Of a stretch of DNA of 20,000 nucleotides, positions 1 through 11,348 are shown piece after piece. Positions within the stretch are counted from its first letter, which is position 1, and each line of letters starts with the position of its first letter. The DNA is from Ancylonema sp. (lineage: Eukaryota): assembly GCA_050230475.1 (NCBI GenBank), contig JBFLGF010000122.1:50234-70233 (forward strand), in the 5' to 3' direction. The notes below the pieces were generated by a model. That model was not told the DNA's origin. It saw only the letters and a list, made by a program, of their open reading frames with translations, and did no database searches. Made by a program: the position numbers and the translations under genes.

Positions 1-43
1 AGTACCGTACAGTATCGTACAGTACAGTACCGTACAGTACCGT
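1..43. repeat. Short tandem repeat of AGTACCGTAC/AGTAC units, running off the left edge
   Basis: agtaccgtac agtatcgtac agtac agtaccgtac agtaccgt read directly. Confidence 0.85.
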
Positions 44-639
44 GGTTTTTGTTGGCCATGATAAGTTCATAAAAGCGGATGACATGGGTGAGAGTCTTTG
101 TAGACGTACCGATCGCATCCACAGCGGTATCCGAGTCGATCGATATCTTTCCCGTCTTCTTATCCCGTGGACGGCCGACATGTGTCTGCGACGGACCAAT
201 CCCACGTGGCAAGAAATTATATTGTTAAAAAGGTGCGTTGCAAATGATCTGATTCTTAATGGAAGCCAATGCTAGATTCCAAAGGCGAATATCATCGTGG
301 GCCATCCCAAGAAGAAGATAACCGTACACTTGAGTGTTGTTATAACGAGGGTTCGCTATATAGCCTTCAAGGACCTCACCATGATGATGGGCCGCCCCCC
401 ACGTTCGATGATGTTGTACTGCATCACATCACATCACGGACATCATTTTGAAACATTCGTCACCACCGAGTGAGTTGTATGTGGGAGGTGCGAATGGGGC
501 TATTCGTTGGACATGCTCTTCATGGTTGACACGTGTGGAGTCTATAACCTCATCCGAGTGGTATCAACTAGTGAGTAGATGGAATGAAAACAATACTGTC
601 CAATCGCCCTGGAATTGCCCTGAAATTGCCCTGGAATTG

Positions 640-1636
640 TTAAAACGTCCACCAGAACTACAAAAAAGGTCAAACAAACAGGAAAGTAATCCACAGACTC
701 CGTGCGGTATGGCTCACCATGGTCGCTAAGGTGCAGTCAACCCGGTACTGGTCCATGATGGCACCTGTGCAGCACAAGTCAGCCAGCCGTCACCATCAGC
801 CGTTGGATGCGACAATCGGCGGTCTCTCGCGCAGCTGCGCTGTAATTTAGGGCGGCATGAGATGCATCTGTTCGGGACGCAAGTTCGGTTTCCTTCGTTT
901 CAAAGCATAATTCTGGCGCTTCTGGCGCTTCTCACCATGCTTGATGACGTTGTGGTCCACCCGAAGAAGAACCACCTGAATGCAACAGAAGAGCACGGTA
1001 CCGATACTCAGCCTGATTCTAACAGCTGAACTTCACTGAGACCCCGAAAAGTACATCAATCAGAAATCAATCTGGTATGGGGCTGTACGTTATACGGACT
1101 TTTAGCCCCGTGTACGTGTCAACCCTGTGTACGATAAAATCGAAGGCAGGACCAATGCGATCCTCAAGCTATTTTCTACAACATATCTGGTATGATGGTG
1201 AAATAAATGGGAGCTGCATGAGGACAGGTAAGGAAGAACAGTAAACAGCAATCCTGACATGATGCTATGCTTCCGCACCTTGTCATGGAGGTCAGCGTCC
1301 TGAAGTAGGGGCAGACGCTTGTCTACCACATACTCAAATTTGTTTTCCGCCATTCGCAACACTCAGCGAGCTCTAAGGCGCGAATACTTGATATAAAAAA
1401 AATTCCCTCGCACCTTCTGCACCTTCTCCAGCTCTGTTCGAAAGAAAACCAGACTGCGCAAGGTCTGAAATCTGAAATGCGGTTCCGTAAAAAAGGAGCG
1501 CTGGACAGGAGCATGTCCATTAATCGCTTCACGGCACCCTAATTCCCTGACGGGCAATTGCCCGTGGCTGACGGTCAATGCTGGCTTCAGTGCCTGCCAG
1601 CGTTGTGTGGGCCTCCAGGGCCACCTCACATGACCT
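640..1636 (-). CDS. Spliced gene (or recent pseudogene) of unknown function; exons ~1636-1414, 1299-1279, 1213(or 1168)-1100, 975-936, 764-718, 657-640
   Basis: Five GT..AG introns (donors GTGCGA, GTGCGG, GTCCGT, GTGAGA, GTGAGC; acceptors TTCAG, TGCAG, TTCAG, CACAG with GCTGAC branch, TGTAG) join in consistent phase: ...FQTLRSLVFFRTELEKVQK|DADLHDK|LPFISPSYQICCRK*LEDRIGPAFDFIVHRVDTYTGLK|VVLLRVDHNVIKHG|AIMDQYRVDCTLATM|FWWTF*. The internal TAG (1169-1171) may itself be the acceptor. The 5' end is unresolved. Confidence 0.6.
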
Positions 1637-1881
1637 CTGTGTCAGCAAGCACGTCACTGATTGGCGGCGACTACGCATCCGTGGGTTGACTGCGTCAGGT
1701 TTCGGTATGTCACGGAGATTGTGGCGAAGTAGACGTGGCACCCCATGGGGCAGTTTCCCGCATCGTGCGATGCCGTAACAATAAACCCTTTATATGGTGA
1801 CACTCGATATAGTGGCAGTCACGATATAGTGACAGGTTTTTTGTCCTTTTTCTTATCCTAAATAAAAACCCACTCCATATA

Positions 1882-2440
1882 CAGTGCAGTCTTGATATAG
1901 TGACACACTGTACAGTGACAATCGCAATATAGTGACATTTTTTTTGCCCTTTTTCTATTCCTATATATAAACCTACTCTATATAGTGACAATCGCTATAG
2001 TGTCACACGTTATAGTGACCAAAAATTCCCTGATTTTTGTATTGCGATGTCACTATTCGGTGAAACCTGTCTAAATTTATACTCTGAAAGTTAATAACCT
2101 GTCTATTTTAATTCATAATAATCTGTCCGAATTGTTTTTAGCCAAAATTTGACGCGTAAATTAATAACCAGTCTAATTTCAATTTTTTTAATGGTTCTAA
2201 CATTAGTTATGTAGACAGGTTTTACTATAGCGAGAGGATGTTAAAACAAAAAGCCGTTTAGATGAGCCACCTCCGTTAAACATATCGACCTGAATTTCTC
2301 TTTCTCTCGATATAGTGACAATTGCCTCTGGTCGCCCTATTAAATGTCACTATACAGTGTATAGTGACAACATTAGCATTCGATATAGTGACATTATTTT
2401 CCCCCGTCTATAAATTTGTCACTATATCAAGACTGCACTG
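1882..2440. mobile_element. MITE, 559 bp, Tc1/mariner-pogo-like
   Basis: Perfect 24-bp TIR CAGTGCAGTCTTGATATAGTGACA (1882-1905 / 2417-2440), TA duplication at 1880-1881 and 2441-2442, repeated (G)ATATAGTGACA motifs, no coding capacity. Confidence 0.92.
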
Positions 2441-2829
2441 TAGTGACAATCGCTATAGTGACACACGTTATAGTGACCAAATTTTCCCGGAATTTACTAT
2501 TGAGATGTCACTGTAGAGTGAAACCTGTCTAAATTAACGTCGTGCAAATAAATAACCTCCCAAATTCAATAGAAAATATTCCACCCAGATCCAGGTTTAC
2601 ACAAAATCTGATGTGTGAATCAAGAACCTTCCTGAATTAATATTTTATATCGGTCCTCGCATGATCACTTTAAAGAGGTTCTATTGTAGCGAGTGGATCT
2701 TAGAGCAAACGCCATAAAATGACCTACCTCCTTTAATAAAAACCGTGGCGCACCCGATCTGGTCGCTCAAAATTACCTACATGACACTTTCCTTTGATGT
2801 AGTGACATTTTCTATCAAATGCCACTATA

Positions 2830-3100
2830 CCGTACTGGTCACCGTAAATGATTTCTGTTTTTTCAAAACGAATTAATTTGTTAATGATTTGTAAGAAAGA
2901 TTCCGGGAATCCGGTAGTTATTATTGATGATTTTTGGCAATGATTTCTGGTAACGTACATACAAAATTCAAAACAAATCCAATAGTGGTATTAATATCAA
3001 TGATTTTTGGTTTATGATTCCGACCTCATAGGTATTAATATAAATGATTGATTTCGGGTTTCAATAATTAATTAAAAATCATTTACGGTGCCCAGTACGG
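2830..3100. mobile_element. MITE, 271 bp, CCGTA-terminus pogo-like
   Basis: TIR CCGTACTGG(T/G)CACCGTAAATGATTT with one mismatch in 25 bp; TA at 2828-2829 and 3101-3102; AT-rich interior with AATGATTT repeats. Confidence 0.9.
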
Positions 3101-3339
3101 TATAGTGTGTAGTGACGCCCCTGGCATTCGATATAGACATTATTTCCCACTCTCTATGAAATTGTCACTATATCAAGGGTTTAATGCACGACGAAACTTT
3201 AATACATTCAGCGCCCTCTATAGGCCCAGGAATAATAGATTAGGCCCTATATTTTTCTTTGGTGATTTATTCACTTAAATACCGGCATGACGAATTACTA
3301 AATTGCTATGTTTTTTTGGGTATTTTGGCAAGTTGGAAC

Positions 3340-4655
3340 TAGGGTGGCGGTCTACCCTTAACCAGGTAAACCCTTAACCCGTAACCCTGAGGTATTAACC
3401 CGCAAATAATCCGGCAGCCAAAAACCGGGTTAAAACCCCACAATAACCCGGAATAACCCTCGCACCAGAAAATACCCGGAATACCCCAGGGTATGTTTGG
3501 GTATTTGAGGGTTTTTGAGGGTATTTGAGAGTATTTGAGGGTAGGTTATGGTAGGTTCTCCTGAGGGGGGTTTTTCATTTCTCATAATTTGTGCAATTGA
3601 ACTGTGATCCAACATGTCTTTAGAGTATACGCATAGACGCTTTGGATATAATCAATGTGATACTTACCTCGTTCCTCAATCGGTCCTCCTCCTCTACTGG
3701 CAACTCATCCTCTGACAAGTCGTATAGGTGGGTCATACTTCCCAGTGGGAATCTACTGAAAAAAAAAATGATACCGATATGGCACACCCTCACACGCGTC
3801 TTCGGCTATAAGTGGGTCATTCTCCTCCTTCGGGAGCTGGAAGGGGGGGGGGTAGTAGGAAAAAAAAACCGATATCAATACGACACACCCACACATGCGT
3901 TAAATAGAAAGTGATTCAGGTTCACCTCCTCTCGAGATGGGTCATCATTGTTGGACGGCTCCTCTTCATCCGACAAGACGTCCTCGGGTATGGGTGGGTC
4001 ATCTTCCTCCCAATTGGAAATCTACAAGGGGGCGGGGTGGAGGGGGGGTATGATGCCGATTCACCACACCCATACATGCGTCAAATACAAAGTGATTATG
4101 ATGTACCTCATGTTGTTGTTTTATGCATGAAACAACATACTTTGATAATTCATTGCCAGATCCCGGAGCTCATGACGGCAAGGGACGCCGTACGCCGGTC
4201 GCAAATCGCATCCGCATGATCTGTCATCTGTAAATCACAAATATAACAATATTCATAAACATCATAGGTATCATTCTTTAACATCTCGCATTATCATGAT
4301 GTGCGAGTCTTTAGAAATGACTCACTCAATGTTGTTTACGTTGATAACATCAATACTCGTGTGTACAACTTCTAGGCCACACAATTGAGTGACTTTAAAA
4401 GAGACTCTCTTCACATTCAAATGAAAGTGTTGCAAAGTTGTTTTTTTCTTTTTTAAGGATATTTTTTGGGCTGTTGATAGGGTATAATAACCTCAGGGTA
4501 CGTTAGGGTTTTTAGGGATATCTCCGGGTATTGAAGGTTTTTTTAGGGTACGGTGGGGGTAGTTAGGGGTACGTTAGGGTATTTGCGGATTACTTGAAGG
4601 TACATGCGGGTTACTTTTTAACCGGAGACAAAAAATGTGGGATACCGCCACCCTA
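3340..4655. mobile_element. Non-autonomous hAT DNA transposon, 1316 bp
   Basis: Termini TAGGGTGGCGGT / ACCGCCACCCTA; 8-bp TSD GTTGGAAC (3332-3339) and TTTGGAAC (4656-4663), 7/8 match; AACCC/TACCC and GGGTA/GGGTT subterminal repeats at both ends. TAGGG ends with an 8-bp TSD are typical of hAT. Confidence 0.85.
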
Positions 4656-4795
4656 TTTGGAACACAATGGTGCCAAATTTTTATGGGTAAAAACTTGCCC
4701 TTCCAATGGCTGTGAAGCATAATTTCAATATGATTATACAAAATGGGACTCACCACGTTTGAAAGAGCCCATGGGAAACCACATTTACTATGGTA

Positions 4796-5110
4796 CCAGC
4801 CAGCCGTAATGTGCTAGCATATCGGAAATTTGATTATTATATGTAGGCTCCAAATAGTTGCGCCATCAAATTTTCAATTGGTAAGTACACGCCAAAAATG
4901 CGCGCCGGGCAAATTTTGAATACATGTTTTTCGACTGCGCTAGGGGTTTTGTTTTTTTTTTGTACTGAATTTTTGTACTGCGCCAGAATATCGTCGATTT
5001 TATTAATTTGATTGCGTTAAAAGTGTTCAAAATAATGATTTTAGTACGCGCCAAAAACGTGTGTGCCAGGCAAAATGGTAATTATTTTCCGGCGCATTAT
5101 CTCTGGCTGG
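4796..5110. mobile_element. Degenerate MITE, 315 bp, TA-flanked
   Basis: Left CCAGCCAGCCGTAATGTGC versus revcomp right CCAGCCAGAGATAATGCGC; TA at 4794-4795 and 5111-5112; internal repeated GTAC(G/A)CGCCA motifs. Confidence 0.7.
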
Positions 5111-6710
5111 TACGGTCTATCATGCGTGTTTGATCTCCGACATAATTTCGGTTAAGATAAACGTTTTTTTTCCCCAACACCTATTTGAGCATATGGTACA
5201 TTTGGCAAACTTGAAGCGAGAATTCAAAAAGTGGTGTCTTAAATTATTAAAAAAAACGAAGTCGGAATGAAAAACAAAAAGAGAACGATGGGAATCATCG
5301 CTTATTGCGGAGTCATTTTATAACGTAATCCATCGCCGCATTTTCTCTACAAATCGGCATTTCTTTTCTAATCTACAACCAAAAACGTGGACAAATAATA
5401 TAATAATTGCATCATGTCATCACAACTTGGAGGGGAAAATAGCGTGTCTAAGTAAACCGCACGACCGTGCAAGGAAATTCAAGACATTTATTTCATACAT
5501 TAAAGCGAAAATCATATCGCCACACCATCATCTCCCTACAAAGTGACGCATGTTTCATTATTGAGGACCACCAGTGTCGACACAAACACTTACGACAGCT
5601 TCGCTTTCATCAAGGGTGAAGTATAGGTGCTTTAATAAAAATAAATGCCAAGTTGTGGCAATAACTCATAATAATTGTAGAATTAGCTTTGTGTGGTTGT
5701 GTGACTATATGGTGTATTGTGTTGGTGTCGTGAGCGGATGAATTAATTGTACGTGAATGTGAAACGCCTAATATGTAGGTTGCACTTAGGCGAATGTGGC
5801 GCGCAGCGAGCACTAAAACTAAATACCGGTATAGTTGAGTGCCGGTTTGTGTTACACAATATTCGCTAAGTTTTGCATTATTTGAGTGAGCACTAGTGAG
5901 GGAAGTTGAATAGTCGCATAGCCTAGGTCACGTGAAATGACGTTGGCGAGTAGTTCTAGTCAACCGACGCACCGGTTGGTTGAACAGATTTGTCCTCGAT
6001 TTGTGAGGCGAATCCATATAGGCTCCTCGGAGCTTTCATTATTCTTAATTCATACCAACACTCCTTTCGCATCGTGTGTGATTTCCGATTCTTTGTGTCG
6101 TGTCACGGACCAGTGGTCTTTGTATGTAATTCACGCGGGTCGACGATCCGACAAATTGAAGTCATGTATGGCAGGCTAGGGATTGGTCCACTCTGCCCGA
6201 CCCTACAAAGGGGCCACGTGCGCTTTGCGATGCCTCATTCATTGTCGCTACGCCTTCCAGTGCGATCTCACCAAGCCATTTTTTTGATTTCTCAACAAAG
6301 CCCTCTTGGTCGAAGATGAGGCCGGGGATCATGATGTGACTCAATTTTGTACGCCCCAATGAGAGGTCACAATCGCTCAAATTTTATGTATCGCAGCTCA
6401 TGGCATACATTAACCGATTGAGCTTGACATAGTCTTGATATGCCGAAATGTGTTGTCCGATGTCCACTTAGACTCTCCGCAATGGCGGCATATCACTTGT
6501 TAAAGGCCTAGTGATTTCCCCCCCCAAGCATTTTTGGCCCTAATTTGACGGTTGGGAGTGGGAAATGCTCCTGAATTGAACGTAATTCGAAATGTATATT
6601 TTAAGATTTTTATAGTGCATTCCAGGCGTGCCCCTATTCTGATTTTGTAATTACGGCCTATATATCCCTACTCATGAAAACGACTTTAAGCCTTGCCATC
6701 CCTGTACAAA

Positions 6711-6741
<31 letters not shown>

Positions 6742-7986
6742 CCCCCTTCGTGAAATGTTATGTCATATTTCATGCCAGAGGGCGGACGACGTGGACCTCC
6801 AAACTTGTCATTTTTGGATCCGACCTTGATTATTATTTACAAAAATCGGCAAGCCGTCGTAAACTGAGATTTGCAAAGATTGCAGCGGACGGAGGGCGCG
6901 ACTCATAACGGGAAAAATCGCGAAGGATGTAGAGGCGTTGGATACAACGAGGAGGAGGAGGTGAAGGAGGAGGTGGTCGCGGTGATAGAGGAGGATCCGA
7001 AAGTTAGTCCAAAATCCCCTTCCGAGGTTGACGATATTGAAGATCACGATCCCCGGTTTGATCTCCGACCAAGGGGGCTTTGGTTTGAAAGTAAACAAGT
7101 GGTTTGGTGATTTCAAACACCACAAGCTCATTCTTAAAAAAACAAAATTTACGCTTCAAACAACCTAAGTTTCCAAAATGTGTAGTACGTTCAATGATGC
7201 TGGGAGAATTGTTTCTGTTGGACAAAAAATGATGTGTGTGGTGTGTGTGTGGTGATTGTATGACTAGTTCACACATGAATAAGAAGGTGTAGAAATGGCG
7301 TAGGAAATCCTGGTCCTGGTTAAAGTGTAGCAATGTGCCTATTCCCCTATCTTTGCCTATTCGTTTTTGAAATGTGTTTAAAACATACGTTCCCTTCGAG
7401 CTCTATAGTTCCCGGTTGCCCCACTATGGTCAAAACTTGCCAAATGATGTAGATAAGATGTTTATATTAAGATGTTTGTATTTCTTTATAAGATGTCTAT
7501 GTATATTGAGTTTCTAGCAATTCAGGGTAACCCCTAATCGGGGTTTTTTAGTTGACTAAACTCCGGATAAAAAAAATAGGGCCAAATTTGCGATCTCTTG
7601 TGTAGTAAAACTTGACTTGATGCATATTGTCGGGATTGGTGACAAATATGAATTAATATAAGTTAATAATAAATTAATGGAGCTCGTATTTCAACACCCT
7701 AAAAAAATAATTCGACACCCTTTCCATTGACGGGGACCGTAGATACGGTTCAAACAGATTTGGTGGCCTGTGAGCCGTCGGTTAGTAGTACGGCCTACTT
7801 TCTCGAATCCCAGTTTTAGATATGTTAGATCTACGGGCCGCAAACAAATTTTCACCGTTCGCATGTACAACGTGGCCCCTTCTCAAGGCTGTACCATTGT
7901 TTAGATAAATTAATACGTCAGAGTCTGGGTGATAGCCCGAAATGAAGACACGTTATCAATATTATGTGAGACAAGTTATCAATTAG

Positions 7987-8441
7987 TATAAGCTTTTGAG
8001 TGATTAGACTTGCCGGACTAATTTGGTGGGCGACAAAACGAACCGTACGCAAAAGGATCTCTATCACTGATGATCAACGTGCCAGGAGTTGCGTGTGTGG
8101 ACCGAATTATTATTGTGATTGCATCGGGGATGGTAATACCCGTTGCGCTTTACAGATTGTTGCGTGCCGACGGTCGGCACATGACCGTCGGCCTATCATA
8201 GTGACTGACAGACAGCTCTTCTAAATGTCAACGGCACATGCCATTTCTGACACGACAAAACTAGCCAGTCACGACGCTTCGACCAAATAACGTCTCTAAG
8301 CGTCGGACACATGTCAGGTGCCCGGGCACAAACTTGCCCGGCCCCGCATACAGGCACATCTAGAATATTGCTCCCGGTTAGAGTAACCGGTCACACCTGG
8401 ACTAGCACGCATAACATATGGCTATCCAAAATATTCTAACA
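7987..8441 (-). repeat. 3' LTR (455 bp), TGTTAG...CTTATA on the minus strand
   Basis: Direct repeat of 14115-14573; by manual alignment 7 substitutions and 5 indel/complex blocks. Confidence 0.95.
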
Positions 8442-8450
8442 CACCCCCTC
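8442..8450 (-). promoter_or_regulatory. Polypurine tract (plus-strand primer)
   Basis: GAGGGGGTG on the minus strand immediately before TGTTAG of the 3' LTR. Confidence 0.8.
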
Positions 8451-9127
8451 GGATGCCAAGCTAAAGTTATGCAGACATCAAAAGGAGTACCCAAGTCATT
8501 GCCAAAACATGGCAGAACCATCACATAACATATACTTTGGTCTTCCCTAGCATAAAATGTGCTAGGGGAAACTATCGATAAATGCAGCCGTTCGGAAGAC
8601 GATCGGAAGACGATCAAGCCGTCGGAACTCTTCAGAAGACGATCGCTCCATCTTTGTCGTTTTTCGGGCGCCCTGCACATACAAAAATGCCACAAGTTAG
8701 GCGAAAAACAAAAAAACTTATGAAAATATTTTTGATTTCTTAACTTTTTCAACACGACTGAAAACTTCACACTTTCCAGTCAGAACTCTCAAAACAGCAT
8801 AACTTCAAAATCAAATCCTATCGGCACCAACTTTTGACACAAGCTTTGCAACGATGATTAGGACATACATACGAAAATTCAGAACCAACTGACAAGTTTA
8901 AAGTTCAACAGATTCACACTTTCTGATTTCAAAGTGTACTTAAAGCGTTTTCAGGTGTCTTTTCGAGGTGTTTGGGTGAAAGTGTGGACTTAGCTGGATG
9001 AGGCTGAAAGTTGGTGTACCCTCCCCATTACTTCTGCCTGAAAAAAACATAACAACCCCCTGCCAACATGCATGGCATTCGAAACCTTCGATCATAAAAA
9101 TAAAAGAAATCTACTGACACCCCCAGT

Positions 9128-10734
9128 TCAGTATAACCGTCCAAAACCTAGACTTGTGCTGTGTCTGTCTAGTAAATCTTGGGGTAGAGCTTTAGTTAGC
9201 ATATCTGCTGGTTGATTTGCGCCTGCAAGATACACATATTTTAGTCTCCCCGTGCTGTGGCATTGTACCCAGTGATATACCACATTAAAAAAATGTTTTG
9301 CTTTCTGTCTTTGCACAGGATTCTGGATCATGGAGAGAGGCTGAGGTTGAATCCAGTGTGGATTGTGATTTGGTGTGGGAATTTGAGTTCTTTCAAGAGA
9401 GACCTTTAGATAACAGCATTCTTTAGACACACTACAGGCAGCAATATACATACTCAGCCTCAGCAGTGCTCTGTGCAACAGTTGACTCTGTACTTCCAAC
9501 TCAGTGCTGTCCCCCCAACCGTGGTTACCCATCCCTGTGACTTGACTTCCCTGTCATGCTACAACTGTTCCATGATGCATCGCAGTAAACCCTTTACTTC
9601 AAATGTGTCTTTTCCCACAAACGTCAGTCCGTGGTTGACAGTGTTGCCTTCAAGTATCTGTATAGTTGATGTAGAGCCCTTATGTGTGCCACCCCAGGCT
9701 TCCCCAGGTGTTTTGCCAGTACCCCAAGTGCATACCCGATGTCCAGTCTGGTTTGTTTCATGGCATATATGAGTGATCCCACTTTCCCACGAAAGTCTGT
9801 TATTTCTTCAGGGGTAGGGGGAAGAGTTGGTTGGTTCATCATTCTGTGTGAATTGAGGGCGAGTGGGAGTTTGGTTGGATTACACTCATGCATCCCATAG
9901 CGTTCAAGCACTCCCCTTAAGAATCCTGACTGTCCCAGTGCGAGCAGTCTTCTCTGTCTATCCCTCTTCACTTCCACCCCCAGGATATGGGTTAGGGAAC
10001 CCAGATCCTTAACTTTGAACTTTTTACCCAGATCTTCTTTAAAATTTTTGACGACCATTGCGTTAGGACCTGTGATCACCTGATCATCTACATGTATTCC
10101 CAGTATGATTCTGCTCTCTGCGTCCCCCCTCATATATATACATGTGTCCATTACGCACTGTTTAAACCCTTCAGATATCATAAATTTTCTGAACATTTCC
10201 TGCCATACGTGGCTAACTCTGCTTTAGACCGGATAAAGCTCCCCTTCCGTCGTAAGACCTTTCCCTCAGCACCCCCATTGATATACATTACGTGGTGGTA
10301 TTTTCATGTAAACTTCTTCCTCCAGACGTCCATGAGGAACGCTGTGATTACGTCCATCTGTTCCAGTTCCCAGTCATATTGGTTTGCTATAGAGAGGAGT
10401 AGGGTGATAGATGTACTGTCAATTACTGGTGCAAATACTTCATTATAATCAATACCCTCTTGTTGTAAGGAACCCCTGGCGACCAGTCTGACTTTATATC
10501 TTTCAATATCCCCCTGTGGTGTTGTTTTGACCTTAAACACATATCTGCACCCCACAGCCTTTTTACCTGGAGGAAGCACACACACCTCAAAGGTGTTGAA
10601 CGTCTCCAGGCTGCTAACTCCTCCACAATGGCCCTGTCCCACTGGTCCCAGTCTCGCCTCATCATCGCATGGTTGAGTGTGAGTGGCTCGGAGGAGTTGC
10701 TGTTAGATGCTACGCACGCGTAGCCCGGATCCAC
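9128..10734 (-). pseudogene. pol: Copia reverse transcriptase (RVT_2 type) and RNase H, broken by several frameshifts
   Basis: EPLT..AM, KAVGCRYVFKVK, RYKVRLVARG, EQMDVITAFL, IHVDD, YRYLKAT, frameshifted GYCDASW, QSTAEAEY and ADMLTKAL spread across ORFs 10423-10734, 10304-10642, 9624-10196 and 9128-9532. Confidence 0.93.
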
Positions 10735-11119
10735 AGGACCGTTGAAGCCAGTGTAGAAACTGCTGGGCTCCCACTCAGTCGCTGAGTAGTTGGCGTGTGC
10801 TGCGTCATCAAACTCCTCCCCATCACATCACATGAGGTCCCCATACTCCGCAAAGTTGGCTCGCCTCCTGGCCATCACCCGATCTGCTACACTGCCAGGC
10901 TCCCCCACATCTGGGTTCGCACCCCCTCCTTGCACCTCCTCCTCCCCTGCATCTCCACCTCCTGCGTTGTTGATCCCTGATTGGCTGTCAGACAGCACAA
11001 TCGTGGCGTTAGAGACCTCAGCAGCTTGTGGCTGGAAGTTGTCGTGCGGATAGTCGTTGGCAGCTGCTGGCTCAGGGACTGCTGGTTCTGCTGGTGCTGG
11101 GAGGCTGCAGAACTGCTGG

Positions 11120-11236
11120 CATCGGAACTGCTGCTGCTGGCATGTTGGGGTGGACTGCTGCTGCTGGCACCACTGCTCTGCTGCTGCTGGCATGTTGGGG
11201 TGGACTGCTGCTGCTGGTACAACTGCTGCAGCTGGT
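11120..11236 (-). repeat. Coding minisatellite in the IN-RT linker (PAAAVVPAAAVHPNM units)
   Basis: Two copies of ctgctgctgctggcatgttggggtggactgctgctgctgg plus partial units. Confidence 0.8.
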
Positions 11237-11348
11237 TCATCTTCAGGGTCGGGGAAAAGGTAGAAAAAGTGTTTTTTCGCTGCCTCGTGAATCTGGGGAG
11301 CTCTCCCCCCCATCAGCTTCGGGTACCCCGGCACCTCCTCAAAGAACC

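Larger units (their letters stand above)
1779..3186. mobile_element. Older TA-type (Tc1/mariner-pogo-like) MITE, outer element of a nest, ~574 bp without its inserts
   Basis: 24-bp TIRs CAATAAACCCTTTATATGGTGACA (1779) and revcomp CATTAAACCCTTGATATAGTGACA (3186), 21/24 match. Many ATAGTGACA subterminal repeats; colinear with the inner 1882-2440 element. TA flanks are decayed (AA/CA). Confidence 0.75.

Noticed and set aside
1169..1171. In-frame TAG (plus TAA at 16751) as evidence for a TAR=Gln genetic code
   Set aside because: The Gln-rich Gag and integrase frames contain no in-frame TAA/TAG over ~800 codons, and this TAG can be a splice acceptor.
1070..1194. 10-bp direct repeat ATCTGGTATG as the TSD of an insertion
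   Set aside because: The enclosed sequence contains the phase-consistent exon and donor; removing it gives stops in all three frames.
1790..2520. Recurrent ATAGTGACA motifs as a CRISPR-like or novel array
   Set aside because: Explained as TIR and subterminal repeats of two nested homologous MITEs.
5111..7741. TACGGTC ... GACCGTA as transposon termini
   Set aside because: Only 7 bp of inverted match, with no extension.
7980..7986. 7-bp TSD CAATTAG (also 14572-14578)
   Set aside because: The CA at 14572-14573 is part of the LTR (also present at 8440-8441), so the TSD is the usual 5 bp; the extra match is probably chance.
8402..8770. 122-aa ORF as an env-like extra gene
   Set aside because: GTG start, runs through the PPT into the LTR, low-complexity, no convincing TM or signal segment.
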